DNA from: Nanobdellota archaeon
Lineage (GTDB): Archaea > Nanobdellota > Nanobdellia > Pacearchaeales > GW2011-AR1
Reading direction: 5' to 3'
Assembly (NCBI GenBank): GCA_018817905.1
Contig: JAHISS010000087.1
Coordinates: forward strand, 985-64,984
Length of the DNA stretch: 64,000 bases
Both the position numbers and the translations under genes were made by a program. Positions 31,499 to 40,307 of the stretch are shown here, piece by piece (the first letter of the stretch is position 1; each line of letters opens with the position of its first letter). The notes beneath the pieces are model-generated. The model was not told the DNA's origin, searched no databases, and saw nothing but the letters and a program-made list of their open reading frames with translations.

Positions 31499-32226
31499 TC
31501 GTCCTGCTCAACTCTCGGCGCAAGAACGAAACTTAGGACGACGTCGCCGGTGTGGAAGTCCAGCCGCATTGGATGATTGTCTGAGAAACTCAGGGTCGAC
31601 TGGTTTGAAATCTTTGCTCCTTTGATGAACTTGCTTAGATATTCCAAGGAAAATCTTGCTGTGCTGTTTCCTGAATGGATTTCTGCTTCGTCGGTGGAGA
31701 ATTCTGCTCTCGCGCTGTTTAGGCTGTGGGCTTCAACAACAAACTTGTCTGGTTCGGCTATGAATGTGCAAGCGTCGCTTACGACTGAACAATCTTCGAT
31801 GACTTCAGTTAGGGTGTCTGAATTTATTTTGATAACTGAGTTGAACTCCCATTCTGGCAATGGCTTTTCTTCTGTGTCTGTGTCAATCAAAGCGAGAGAG
31901 AAATCCCGCTTGATTCTGTCTCTTATTGAAAGTTTCAACAGGTTGTCTTGTTTTTCCAAAGTAAGAGCTGCTCCAATCTTGCATCTTCTTAAAACTGCTT
32001 TCAAATTACTCAGATTGACTCCTAACTCCTCTTCTTCTTTGTCTATCTCAAAGTCTGAGAAGAGGGTATTTGGAATTTTAAAATAAATCATTGCGACATT
32101 TGCTGGGTCGATTGCAACAAGGCTCATTCCTTCTTTGTTTATTTTAATTCTCACTTCGGTAACTAACTCTGAAATGATTGTTACAATGTCTGAAAAAATC
32201 TTCGGGTTTTGAAGTGTGAGTTTCAT
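31495..32226 (-). CDS. pcn: DNA polymerase sliding clamp PCNA
   Basis: Track ORF trimmed to MKLTLQNPKIFSDIVTIISELVTEVRIKINKEGMSLVAIDPANVAM (ATG at 32226). 243 aa, typical PCNA. The stop overlaps the radical SAM stop by 4 nt (convergent genes). Confidence 0.9.
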   Translation of the reverse strand: MKLTLQNPKIFSDIVTIISELVTEVRIKINKEGMSLVAIDPANVAMIYFKIPNTLFSDFEIDKEEEELGVNLSNLKAVLRRCKIGAALTLEKQDNLLKLSIRDRIKRDFSLALIDTDTEEKPLPEWEFNSVIKINSDTLTEVIEDCSVVSDACTFIAEPDKFVVEAHSLNSARAEFSTDEAEIHSGNSTARFSLEYLSKFIKGAKISNQSTLSFSDNHPMRLDFHTGDVVLSFVLAPRVEQDD

Positions 32227-32296
32227 GGATTTTGATAAGATAAGAAGGTTAAAAGCTTTGTTGTAGTAAGAGAACAACAAACAATAAATAACCTCC

Positions 32297-33877
32297 TTGA
32301 TTCTCATTGGCGTGGAAGCAAAAGAAAAAAGAGTTCGGGCGATAACAAGTCTTTATTACTCGAATCAGAAGGTTCAGCAGGCGATTTTAGAGTTTGCAAA
32401 AGATAGAGAAGTTGTGCCGCAGTATTTTGAAGGTTTTGGAAAGCGGCCTGACATGCTTCAATACCAATCTGACATTGATGGTTTGGTTAGGAAAGGTGCG
32501 ACGTCTTTTCATGCTTCTGAAGAGTTATGGGAAAATCCCTTGAGCCTTAATTCAGAAATAACGCAGAAAGAAATGACGAAGCTGCGAAAGGGCTGGGATT
32601 TGCTGATTGATATTGACTCGCCTTTTCTTGACTGCTCGAAGATTGCAGCAGGCCTTCTTATCGAAGCTTTAGAACAACATGACGTGAAGAATTATGGCGT
32701 GAAATTTTCAGGAAGCAAAGGTTTCCATTTAATGATTTCTGGAAAAGCATTTCCAAAAGAGTTTGATGATAAAAAAACAAAAGAAATGTTTCCAGACTGG
32801 GCGCGGGTGGTTTGTTCTTATTTGATGGATTACATCAGAAAAGATTATAATGTTATGGCGAGCGAAATTCTTACGGATTTTGATGCGATAAAGCGGCGGA
32901 CAAAATTAACAAAAGAACAATTGCAAGAAGTCAGGTGCAATAAGTGCGGCGGTGTTGCGAGAAAAGGTTCAATTGCAGAGTTTTCCTGCCCTGTGTGCGG
33001 GATGAACGTTAAAAGAAAAAATATCAAAATAACAAAACGAAGATTGAAGTGTTTAAGCAACGACTGCGCTGGAATTTTGGAAATTGGCGATAGTGAGGAA
33101 TTTTATTATTGCGAGGATTGCAAAGACCAAGAAAACGAAAACCTGCAGTTGAATTCAAGCAAGCATCCTGAAAATTTTGAAAAGTTCGAAGGAGTCAGCG
33201 CTGAAAAAGTGGCTTCGCTGGATTTGGTTTTAGTTGCTCCGAGACATTTGTTCAGAATGCCTTACTCGCTTCATGAAAAAACCGCCTTGGCAAGCGTTGT
33301 TCTTTCAAAAAATGAAATTGAAAAATTCTCTCCGAAAGATGCAGATCCTTTGAAAGTTAAAGTCAGGAATTTTATGCCAGAGAATGTTGAAGGTGAGGCG
33401 AAAAAATTATTGAGCAAAGCACTTGATTGGGGAAGGGGAAGGGAAATTGTTCAGAAAGAAATTGAAGAAAAAAGATACAAGGGGAAGAGTTTTGAAAATG
33501 TTGAAATGAAAAACATCAGCGAGGACATGTTTCCGCCTGCGATAAAAAAACTTTTGAAAGGTTTAGAGGAAGGAAGGAAGCGGGGATTGTTTGTTTTGAT
33601 TACTTTTTTGAAAGCAGTTGGCAAGACGCCAGAAGAACTCAATAAAAGTATCAGAGAATGGAACGAAAAAAATGAGCCGCCGCTGAAAGAAGGTTATGTT
33701 AGGAGTCAGATTGAATGGCATCTGAAACAAACAAAGACAATCATCCCGCCAAATTACAGCAATGACGCGTTTTATCGAGACATTGGAATCTTAGACAAAA
33801 AACCGAAAACGAAAAATCCGCTGGTGGATGTTCGGAGGAGGATGTGGGGGCGAAGTGGTGATAATCTGAAAAAATAA
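32297..33877 (+). CDS. priS: DNA primase: PriS catalytic domain fused to a PriL/PriX-like helical C-terminal domain
   Basis: 526 aa. WDLLIDIDSP (DxD), FSGSKGFHLMIS, and a Zn-knuckle insert CNKCGG..CPVCG. The C-terminal FPPAIKKLLKGLEEGRKRGLFVLITFLKAVG resembles a primase large-subunit helical bundle. TTG start at 32297, or GTG at 32312. Confidence 0.8.
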   Translation: MILIGVEAKEKRVRAITSLYYSNQKVQQAILEFAKDREVVPQYFEGFGKRPDMLQYQSDIDGLVRKGATSFHASEELWENPLSLNSEITQKEMTKLRKGWDLLIDIDSPFLDCSKIAAGLLIEALEQHDVKNYGVKFSGSKGFHLMISGKAFPKEFDDKKTKEMFPDWARVVCSYLMDYIRKDYNVMASEILTDFDAIKRRTKLTKEQLQEVRCNKCGGVARKGSIAEFSCPVCGMNVKRKNIKITKRRLKCLSNDCAGILEIGDSEEFYYCEDCKDQENENLQLNSSKHPENFEKFEGVSAEKVASLDLVLVAPRHLFRMPYSLHEKTALASVVLSKNEIEKFSPKDADPLKVKVRNFMPENVEGEAKKLLSKALDWGRGREIVQKEIEEKRYKGKSFENVEMKNISEDMFPPAIKKLLKGLEEGRKRGLFVLITFLKAVGKTPEELNKSIREWNEKNEPPLKEGYVRSQIEWHLKQTKTIIPPNYSNDAFYRDIGILDKKPKTKNPLVDVRRRMWGRSGDNLKK

Positions 33878-33945
33878 TTGGAAATAACTGTAAAACCAGA
33901 TTCACTAAATACGCAAACACCAATAATAAAAAACCGTTCAGCTAT

Positions 33946-34015
33946 GATAGGTCGTCTGGTTTATGAGATAATCATAAGGCTGTGGCTATTATTGAAGCTA
34001 TTTTTGTTTAAGATA
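33946..34015 (+). repeat. dispersed intergenic repeat, copy B (about 70 nt)
   Basis: 25-nt exact match (33951-33975) to 7317-7341 plus flanking similarity. Sits about 30-100 nt upstream of the surface-protein gene at 34047. Confidence 0.8.
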
Positions 34016-34046
34016 AATTTTTAAACATCTCCTGCTTGAAAATAAG

Positions 34047-36173
34047 ATGAGAAAAAAGGTGCTGGCTGGCTTGTTAGTTGTTGCTTTTGTGGCAGTCTTA
34101 TTTTGCGGCCTTGTCACACCAGAAGATGATGACTCTGAAAAAATAAATGCTGCGTTCAATTGTTTGGATGAGAGAGTTGCTGCGACTTCTATCTCTCTTG
34201 AAGAGGCTGTGTTTGCTGCCTTGACAAAAGTTCCTGGAACAAAGGCGGCAGACAAGATAGAACAGGAAAAAAGTTCTTCAGCAGATTGCTGGCCAAAGTC
34301 TGGATGCGGGGTTAAAGAAAGCGCACAAGCTGCCCTGGCAAAATTAAGCATGGGTGAAAGTGTTGAGGAGATTACAGCATGGCTGGTTACAAAAAGCGGA
34401 ATGCCTAAAGAGCTCACTTGGTATCTGCAAATTTCAATAGGCGACAACGGGCCTGCAACATGTGTTGTTAATTACGACGGTTCTGATCATTCTGTAAGCG
34501 TGAACGAAGAAATGAAATTAAGCGGAAGTGCTGGCTCTTGTTTTAACTTGGCAAACTCTGACTATTGGTTGAAGATAAAAACTAACTGCTTAGAAAAAGA
34601 ATTTAACATTCAATGTGATAAAGAATTTAAGACAAATCTTTTGTACGAGAAAAGTTCTGGCGGCACGATTTATGTTTCTTCGCAAACGCATGGGGCAAGT
34701 TCTGGCGCTTGGACGGTTGAAGCAATAACAGCAAGATGTTTCAGGGAAGGGAATGACTGCGATTACGAAGCAAGTTTGTGGGGCGCTGTTGCCCTTTACG
34801 CAAACGGAGAAGATGTTTCTGAATTTGCACCTTACTTGCGGGCGCTTTCCTCGGAAAATGGAAAATATTTCCCAAGCGCTTTTCTTGTCGCTATTTTGGA
34901 AGGTGGGGAAAATCATTATTCTAAAATAATTGAAAACCAGCGAGCCAGACCAGAAGGAGCTTATTGGGAAATGCCCAACACTCCACACAACAAATACTAC
35001 GACACAGCGCTTGGAATGCTTGCCTTGGGCGGCGCTGGCTCTTCGGAGATAACAAACGCAAACACGATTGGTTATTTATTCAAAAAACAAGATGCAAGCG
35101 GCTGCTGGAATAACAACAATATCCGAGATACAGCGTTTTTGATTTATGCTGCGCAATGGTTGCGGGGAACAGGCGGCGGAGTAGAGTGTTATATTAATTC
35201 TGATTGTTCAGAAGGTTACGTTTGCGAGGATGGAAACTGTGTTTCAGAAGCTGTGTTGGAATGCAATAATAACGGCGTGATGAATGATTCTGAACAATGC
35301 GATGGAAACGACTTTGGAACTTTCAGCGATGGCGTTGGTCAATGTGATGAGTATAATTCTGGTTTCACAGGCGGTGATTTAATCTGTGAGGATTGCAAGA
35401 TTAATACAACGCAATGCACTGGAACAGGCCCGCCGCCAGTGGTAAATGGAAGTACTGGCAACGGCACTGATGATGAATCTTATGACCCAAACATGATAAC
35501 AGATTGCGAGTTGGCAAATCTTTTCTGCGCGCCAAGTCGAGCTTCTTGTTTGGAAAATGGCGGGAGTTTTTATCCTCAGGAAACACACGCCTGTGCTGAC
35601 CATTATGAATTTTGCTGCACTGTTGAAACTCCTGAATTGCCGAATTGTTTTAGTTTAGGGGGAAGTGTTTGCGCTTATGAAGAAGAATGCGGCGGCGCGG
35701 TGCAACAGGCCTCTGACGGAGCATGTTGTTTAGATATTTGTGAACTAACTGGAACAACTGGATGCTCTTTGGATAGTGATTGTCTTTCTGGAGAAACATG
35801 CCAAAGTGGTGCATGTGTTTATTCCGGTAGCAGTTCGAATGGGGGCGGTGGAGATGACGATGAAGGTGGAAGCAGTTTATGGATTTGGATTGTTATTCTT
35901 TTGATTTTAATCGGGCTTGTTGTTTTAGGAATAATTTACAGAGATAAAATCAGAGTTTGGTGGTTTAAGTTCAGAGGAAAAGCAAAAACTTCTAAAGTTC
36001 CTCCGGGAAGACCGCCAGGAATGAACTCTTTGATAAGAAGACCAACTCCGAGATTTATGCCTCAGGGGATGAGGACAATGCCTGAGCCTCAGAGAGCTCC
36101 GCCAAAACAAATGTCAAAAAAAGATAAGGAAATGGAAGAGACCTTTAAAAAATTGAAGGAGATTGGGGAATAG
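34047..36173 (+). CDS. cell-surface protein: signal/TM, toroid-like repeat region, Cys-rich modules, C-terminal TM and Pro/Arg-rich tail
   Basis: 708 aa. N-terminal hydrophobic leader. YYDTALGMLALGG and QDASGCWNNNNIRDTAFLIYAAQW recall prenyltransferase/terpene-cyclase-like repeats. Also ECNNNGVMNDSEQCDGND and many further Cys. TM LWIWIVILLILIGLVVLGII. Confidence 0.7.
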   Translation: MRKKVLAGLLVVAFVAVLFCGLVTPEDDDSEKINAAFNCLDERVAATSISLEEAVFAALTKVPGTKAADKIEQEKSSSADCWPKSGCGVKESAQAALAKLSMGESVEEITAWLVTKSGMPKELTWYLQISIGDNGPATCVVNYDGSDHSVSVNEEMKLSGSAGSCFNLANSDYWLKIKTNCLEKEFNIQCDKEFKTNLLYEKSSGGTIYVSSQTHGASSGAWTVEAITARCFREGNDCDYEASLWGAVALYANGEDVSEFAPYLRALSSENGKYFPSAFLVAILEGGENHYSKIIENQRARPEGAYWEMPNTPHNKYYDTALGMLALGGAGSSEITNANTIGYLFKKQDASGCWNNNNIRDTAFLIYAAQWLRGTGGGVECYINSDCSEGYVCEDGNCVSEAVLECNNNGVMNDSEQCDGNDFGTFSDGVGQCDEYNSGFTGGDLICEDCKINTTQCTGTGPPPVVNGSTGNGTDDESYDPNMITDCELANLFCAPSRASCLENGGSFYPQETHACADHYEFCCTVETPELPNCFSLGGSVCAYEEECGGAVQQASDGACCLDICELTGTTGCSLDSDCLSGETCQSGACVYSGSSSNGGGGDDDEGGSSLWIWIVILLILIGLVVLGIIYRDKIRVWWFKFRGKAKTSKVPPGRPPGMNSLIRRPTPRFMPQGMRTMPEPQRAPPKQMSKKDKEMEETFKKLKEIGE

Positions 36174-36345
36174 TTAACTGCGCGTCATTGAGAAACAGAT
36201 CTCACCAACCAAAAAAATCATTATCAATAACACACATCATCCCATCTGATTCTGGTTGATATAATAATCTTTGGGGTGGGTGGCGATGGAAACAACAGGA
36301 ATAGGTTTCAGCAGAATTTATATAACTGAATTATTTAATTAGATT

Positions 36346-38076
36346 ATGAAAAAAGTTGTGATTTTATTTGCATTGGTTATTTTGCTTCCAATTGTTGCAG
36401 GGGTTTCTTCTGATTTGGCGGATGTTTATCTTCCTAAGGAAACAATGATTGGCGAGATTTCTGGAGGGATTTTAGCTTCGATTTCTCCTGAGCAAGTTAA
36501 AGTTGTTAGAGACGAACACATTGAGGTTGCAGTTGAGTATGGTGTTAAAAAATTAGGAAGCAAACATTACATCTGGCTGATTTCCCCAGAAAATCCAGGA
36601 AATTACACATTGAAAATAAAAGAGATTATCGCGCTTGTTGATGGAGTTCCAGAAGTTGTTGATTACTCCAAAGATTTCCGAGTTGAGGGCTTGGCTGATT
36701 ATTCGATTAAGCCGGGCTTTGTACTTGCAGTAGATGATTTTGAAATTGTTGCTACTTTGTATGAATCAGTTGGAAAGTCAATAACTGTTGATTTTCCAGA
36801 AAGCCGGGAAATCAGTTTGCTCCCTGGAATAAATTACATTGACTTTTCAATTGCAGAGATTGTTGGCGTTCAGGAAGTTAAAATTGGCGTTGGGAAATAT
36901 TCTGTTCCGGGATATGTTGTTGGGCAAGAATATATTTGCGGAGACGGACAGATTGACGGAAGGGAAGTTTGCGACGGAGAGAATCTGAATGGAAAAGATT
37001 GTGCGGGAGTTGGAGATTTTTCAGGAGAAGATTTAGCTTGTTCAAGCGATTGTTTAAGTTTTGATGATAGTGGTTGTGTTTTGTCAGAACCAGAACCTGA
37101 ATGTGATTTAGAAAACTTGGATTTGTGTTTAACAGAAAACGACTGTGTTGGCGTTGGAGGTTATTGGTATAATGAAAGCTGCAATGTTTACGAGCAAGGA
37201 GCTGTATGCGACTCTGAGCATGTCGGTCTTTGCGAAACTTTAGAAACTTGTTCAGAAGCTGAAGGCTATTGGTATAACGAGAGCTGCAATGAAGACTCTT
37301 GCGGAAACTTGGAAATAGACGCTGGGGAAGTCTGCGATGGAACCAACTTAAGCGGAGAAACCTGCTTTTCCAAAGGTTATGCCAAAGGAAATTTATCTTG
37401 CTCAAGCGATTGTTTAAGTTTTGACTTTGGGGGTTGTGTTGTTGGAACTGTAACGCCGTTGAATTTTGCAATCAACCCAAGCGTAATCAGAGACACAATT
37501 TTGTCTTCGGGACAAATTCCAGTTTATTCTTTTAAAATTATTAACTCTTGGGAAAATTCAATTAAGGATTTGCGCCTTGATTATGACCGAAGTAAATTTA
37601 CAGTTGAACCTGATGAGATTTTTTCTATTGGTGTGAATGAAAGCGCTTATTTTAATTTGACATTTAAACAAATGCCAAGAGGTGCTGCGAAAGGAGTTGT
37701 TGTTGCTTATTCTGGAGATGTTTATGAATATTTATTGTTTATGTTTAACCTGACAGATGATGAGGCGCAAGTTAGAAGAGAATATTATCAAAATAATTCT
37801 GTCAGCACTCCATCGTACTACTGCACTGAAATTCCTGACGGGAAGTTCTGCGGTTCTGATGAGAGTTGTTCTGTTGTGGAAGTTGCTGCTCTTGACGGAA
37901 TGTGCTGCGCAGGACAATGTGAAGAAGAATCTTCTGGCGGCGGAAGGGCGTGGATTGGTTACTTGGTTGCTGGAATTGTCATCCTTGTTTTGCTGATTAT
38001 TTATGTAAAATACAAAAAGACAAAGCCTGCGAAAGATCCCATGGGGGTGAGAGTTTCCCAGATTGAGAAGGGTTAG
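36346..38076 (+). CDS. cell-surface protein with duplicated Cys-rich (CGxGxxDxGExCDG) modules and a C-terminal TM anchor
   Basis: 576 aa with a signal peptide. Two ~47-aa modules, paired GYWYNESCN motifs, and C-terminal TM WIGYLVAGIVILVLLIIYV. Confidence 0.75.
   Translation: MKKVVILFALVILLPIVAGVSSDLADVYLPKETMIGEISGGILASISPEQVKVVRDEHIEVAVEYGVKKLGSKHYIWLISPENPGNYTLKIKEIIALVDGVPEVVDYSKDFRVEGLADYSIKPGFVLAVDDFEIVATLYESVGKSITVDFPESREISLLPGINYIDFSIAEIVGVQEVKIGVGKYSVPGYVVGQEYICGDGQIDGREVCDGENLNGKDCAGVGDFSGEDLACSSDCLSFDDSGCVLSEPEPECDLENLDLCLTENDCVGVGGYWYNESCNVYEQGAVCDSEHVGLCETLETCSEAEGYWYNESCNEDSCGNLEIDAGEVCDGTNLSGETCFSKGYAKGNLSCSSDCLSFDFGGCVVGTVTPLNFAINPSVIRDTILSSGQIPVYSFKIINSWENSIKDLRLDYDRSKFTVEPDEIFSIGVNESAYFNLTFKQMPRGAAKGVVVAYSGDVYEYLLFMFNLTDDEAQVRREYYQNNSVSTPSYYCTEIPDGKFCGSDESCSVVEVAALDGMCCAGQCEEESSGGGRAWIGYLVAGIVILVLLIIYVKYKKTKPAKDPMGVRVSQIEKG
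36937..37077 (+). repeat. intragenic Cys-rich module, copy 1
   Basis: CGDGQIDGREVCDGENLNGKDCAGVGDFSGEDLACSSDCLSFDDSGC. Shares the 23-nt exact string TCAAGCGATTGTTTAAGTTTTGA (37042-37064) with copy 2. Confidence 0.85.
37300..37437 (+). repeat. intragenic Cys-rich module, copy 2
   Basis: CGNLEIDAGEVCDGTNLSGETCFSKGYAKGNLSCSSDCLSFDFGGC. The 23-nt exact match lies at 37402-37424. Confidence 0.85.
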
Positions 38077-38223
38077 GGTGATTTTTTCTTCAAGTTACCC
38101 AAACCCACCACAAATCCAACTAATTCGATAGTATCCAAAACTCAATTAATGTGACATCCGATTGGTTTTGTTATTAATTTGGCGGATTGCTGCTATAGTT
38201 AAAACTATTTTTTTAAAGATTTT

Positions 38224-38730
38224 CTACTTTGACTTCTTTTTTGTTTTTTTAGATTTTTTAACTGGTTTGCTTTTTTCTGCTGGCTGTTGGACAGTAGCGT
38301 CTTTTTGCTTGAATAAGTGCGGCGCAACTTCTTGTAGTTTTTTTACAAGAACATCGCGGTCTGCCAGTGCTTTTTTTACAACTGCGTCGTAATTATGCAG
38401 CCTTTGTGTCAAGGCGTTTGCAACTTCGTTCAAATCAGCGTTTGTAATTGTTAGTTTTTCTGGATAAGTTATTTCTATGTGGGATGGCATATAAGCCAAC
38501 AAAATCCCGAAATAATTCGACAAAGATTCTAACTCTACATCGATTTCTGCAAATGTTGTGAAGAAATCTTTTGAACCTTCTACCTCTTTAGGTTCATGAC
38601 AGGTTTTGTTTATGATTTTCACGCCTTTTTCAGAGCCCATTTTTTCTACGAGGAGGTTTAGGGATTCTTTTAGATGATCTGGCGGTCTGCCCAGGATTTC
38701 CACAATCAATGATGCGTTTAATTTGTCCAT
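38224..38730 (-). CDS. hypothetical protein with Lys-rich C-terminal tail (168 aa)
   Basis: Clean ORF with a host-like Lys-rich composition. No family recognised. Confidence 0.55.
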   Translation of the reverse strand: MDKLNASLIVEILGRPPDHLKESLNLLVEKMGSEKGVKIINKTCHEPKEVEGSKDFFTTFAEIDVELESLSNYFGILLAYMPSHIEITYPEKLTITNADLNEVANALTQRLHNYDAVVKKALADRDVLVKKLQEVAPHLFKQKDATVQQPAEKSKPVKKSKKTKKKSK

Positions 38731-38830
38731 TGCTGGCTAAAGTTTAGGGAGTTTTTAAAAGTTAGGTTTGGAAAAATGATTGGATTGCCCGCATCGATAA
38801 ATTTATTAACCAAGAATAAATCAATCAGAC

Positions 38831-39040
38831 ATGGGACAAAAACAAATAACTCTTGAAGAAATCTATGCGGCTATCCAAAACTTACAGCGAGAGGTTCATG
38901 TTATCAGGGAAAATGTTGAGGAAACGGAAATGACTGACTGGGCAGAACAAGAACTTGAAGAAGCAAGAAATGAACCAGGAGAAAAATACATCTCGCTTGA
39001 AGATTTAGAAAACGAGATAAAAAATGACGTGGAAGATTGA
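38831..39040 (+). CDS. putative antitoxin partner of RelE (69 aa, acidic)
   Basis: Small acidic ORF overlapping the RelE start by 17 nt, as in the classic type II TA layout. Confidence 0.6.
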   Translation: MGQKQITLEEIYAAIQNLQREVHVIRENVEETEMTDWAEQELEEARNEPGEKYISLEDLENEIKNDVED

Positions 39041-39278
39041 ATTCAGTTCCAAAGCAGAAAGATTTCTAAAAAAATTACCAAAGGATATTTCCTTAAGAAT
39101 CCTAAACAAGTTTAAATTATTGCAACAAAATCCGTTTAGATTTTTAGAGCATTACGAAGGTGCAAATTGTTTTAAGTTTAGAATCGGAGATTACAGAGCT
39201 TTGGTAGATATTGATTTTGACAGAAAAATCTTGTTGGTAAGAGTTTTTGATAAGCGAGGAAGAATTTACAAGAGATGA
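39024..39278 (+). CDS. relE: RelE/ParE-family toxin
   Basis: 84 aa. WKIEFSSKAERFLKKLPKDISLRILNKFKLLQQNPF...FKFRIGDYRALVDIDFDRKILLVRVFDKRGRIY. Confidence 0.85.
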   Translation: MTWKIEFSSKAERFLKKLPKDISLRILNKFKLLQQNPFRFLEHYEGANCFKFRIGDYRALVDIDFDRKILLVRVFDKRGRIYKR

Positions 39279-39293
39279 TTTCACAAATCAATT

Positions 39294-40307
39294 TTACTGT
39301 AAAGAATTCTTGGTGTCTAAAATCCTTGTCACAGAATCATCGATTCTTTCTTCTGGGATTTCTCCGCTGAGAACTGCTTTTTCTATTGCATTGATTCCTT
39401 GCTTAACTCTTTGGTGGTTTGAAAGAACATACGTCGTGTCTAGGATTATGTCATTTCCTGCTTTGACCAAATCAGGATATAATTTTTCTGGTTTGAATAA
39501 ATAAGACCACTTTAAGCCCCACATTCCGATTGCATCTGTGATTATCAGTCCGTTGAAATTTTTCCTTAAATTAGAAATAACTTCTTCAGAAACAGTGCTT
39601 TGTTTTCCGTTGGAGTTGAGTTCTCCAGAAACAATTGCATGACCGACCATTACAGATGAAACATTATTTTTAATTGCGTAATCGAATAACTCTAAATCCT
39701 CTCTTGAGATTTCTGCCTTGACTTTGAACCAGTGCGGGTCTTTGAGCATGCTTCCTCCGGGGTAGTGTTTTGCAGTCGCTAAAATTTTCTGTTCTTGCAA
39801 ACCTTTAATGTAAAATGCTATTTTCTCTTTAATTTCCTCATGCGTTCCTGAAAAACTTCTTCCAGGCCAAACAGTATTTTTTTCTTCTGCAACTGGGGAA
39901 AAGTCAAAATTAAAACCAACTTGTTTTAGAATTTTCCCGTGTTCTTTTCCTAATTCATAAGCTTCTTCTTTATTCTTTATTTCTTTGAAATTTTTGCTTT
40001 GATAAAATGGAAAAGGATTCCAATATCCTTCCATGTCTGTCGCAACGAGCAGTTTTATTTTTGAATTTTTTTGATAGGAATTGACGAGGTTTTTGTAAGT
40101 TTGCTCTGAGCTTTGTTTGTCGAGAAAAATCCCTCCAATTCCCAAGTCCAAAAAACGAGCATCGTATTTTGCCCCTCTAACCATGACCATTTGCGCGATT
40201 TTTTCTTTCAAGGTTAAATCTGAAATGTTTATGCTTTCCATTTCTTGAGCTATGGCAAGGTTCATCATAAAAACAAAGATTGTCAAGATAAAAATGTATT
40301 GTTTCAT
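39294..40307 (-). CDS. secreted glycoside hydrolase family 3 (NagZ-like N-terminal domain)
   Basis: 337 aa with a signal peptide. KIAQMVMVRG, GIGGIFL, ATDMEGY, KHYPGGS, VMVGHA, ITDAIGM. Confidence 0.8.
   Translation of the reverse strand: MKQYIFILTIFVFMMNLAIAQEMESINISDLTLKEKIAQMVMVRGAKYDARFLDLGIGGIFLDKQSSEQTYKNLVNSYQKNSKIKLLVATDMEGYWNPFPFYQSKNFKEIKNKEEAYELGKEHGKILKQVGFNFDFSPVAEEKNTVWPGRSFSGTHEEIKEKIAFYIKGLQEQKILATAKHYPGGSMLKDPHWFKVKAEISREDLELFDYAIKNNVSSVMVGHAIVSGELNSNGKQSTVSEEVISNLRKNFNGLIITDAIGMWGLKWSYLFKPEKLYPDLVKAGNDIILDTTYVLSNHQRVKQGINAIEKAVLSGEIPEERIDDSVTRILDTKNSLQ

Noticed and set aside
33998-34447. 149-aa minus-strand ORF overlapping the start of the 708-aa surface protein
   Set aside because: It is antisense to a long, well-supported ORF with a signal peptide, and it has no RBS or recognisable domain.

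The antisense ORFs 36878-37471, 31577-32086, 54363-55292, 34590-34988, 58723-59091 and 48949-49272 are rejected likewise.
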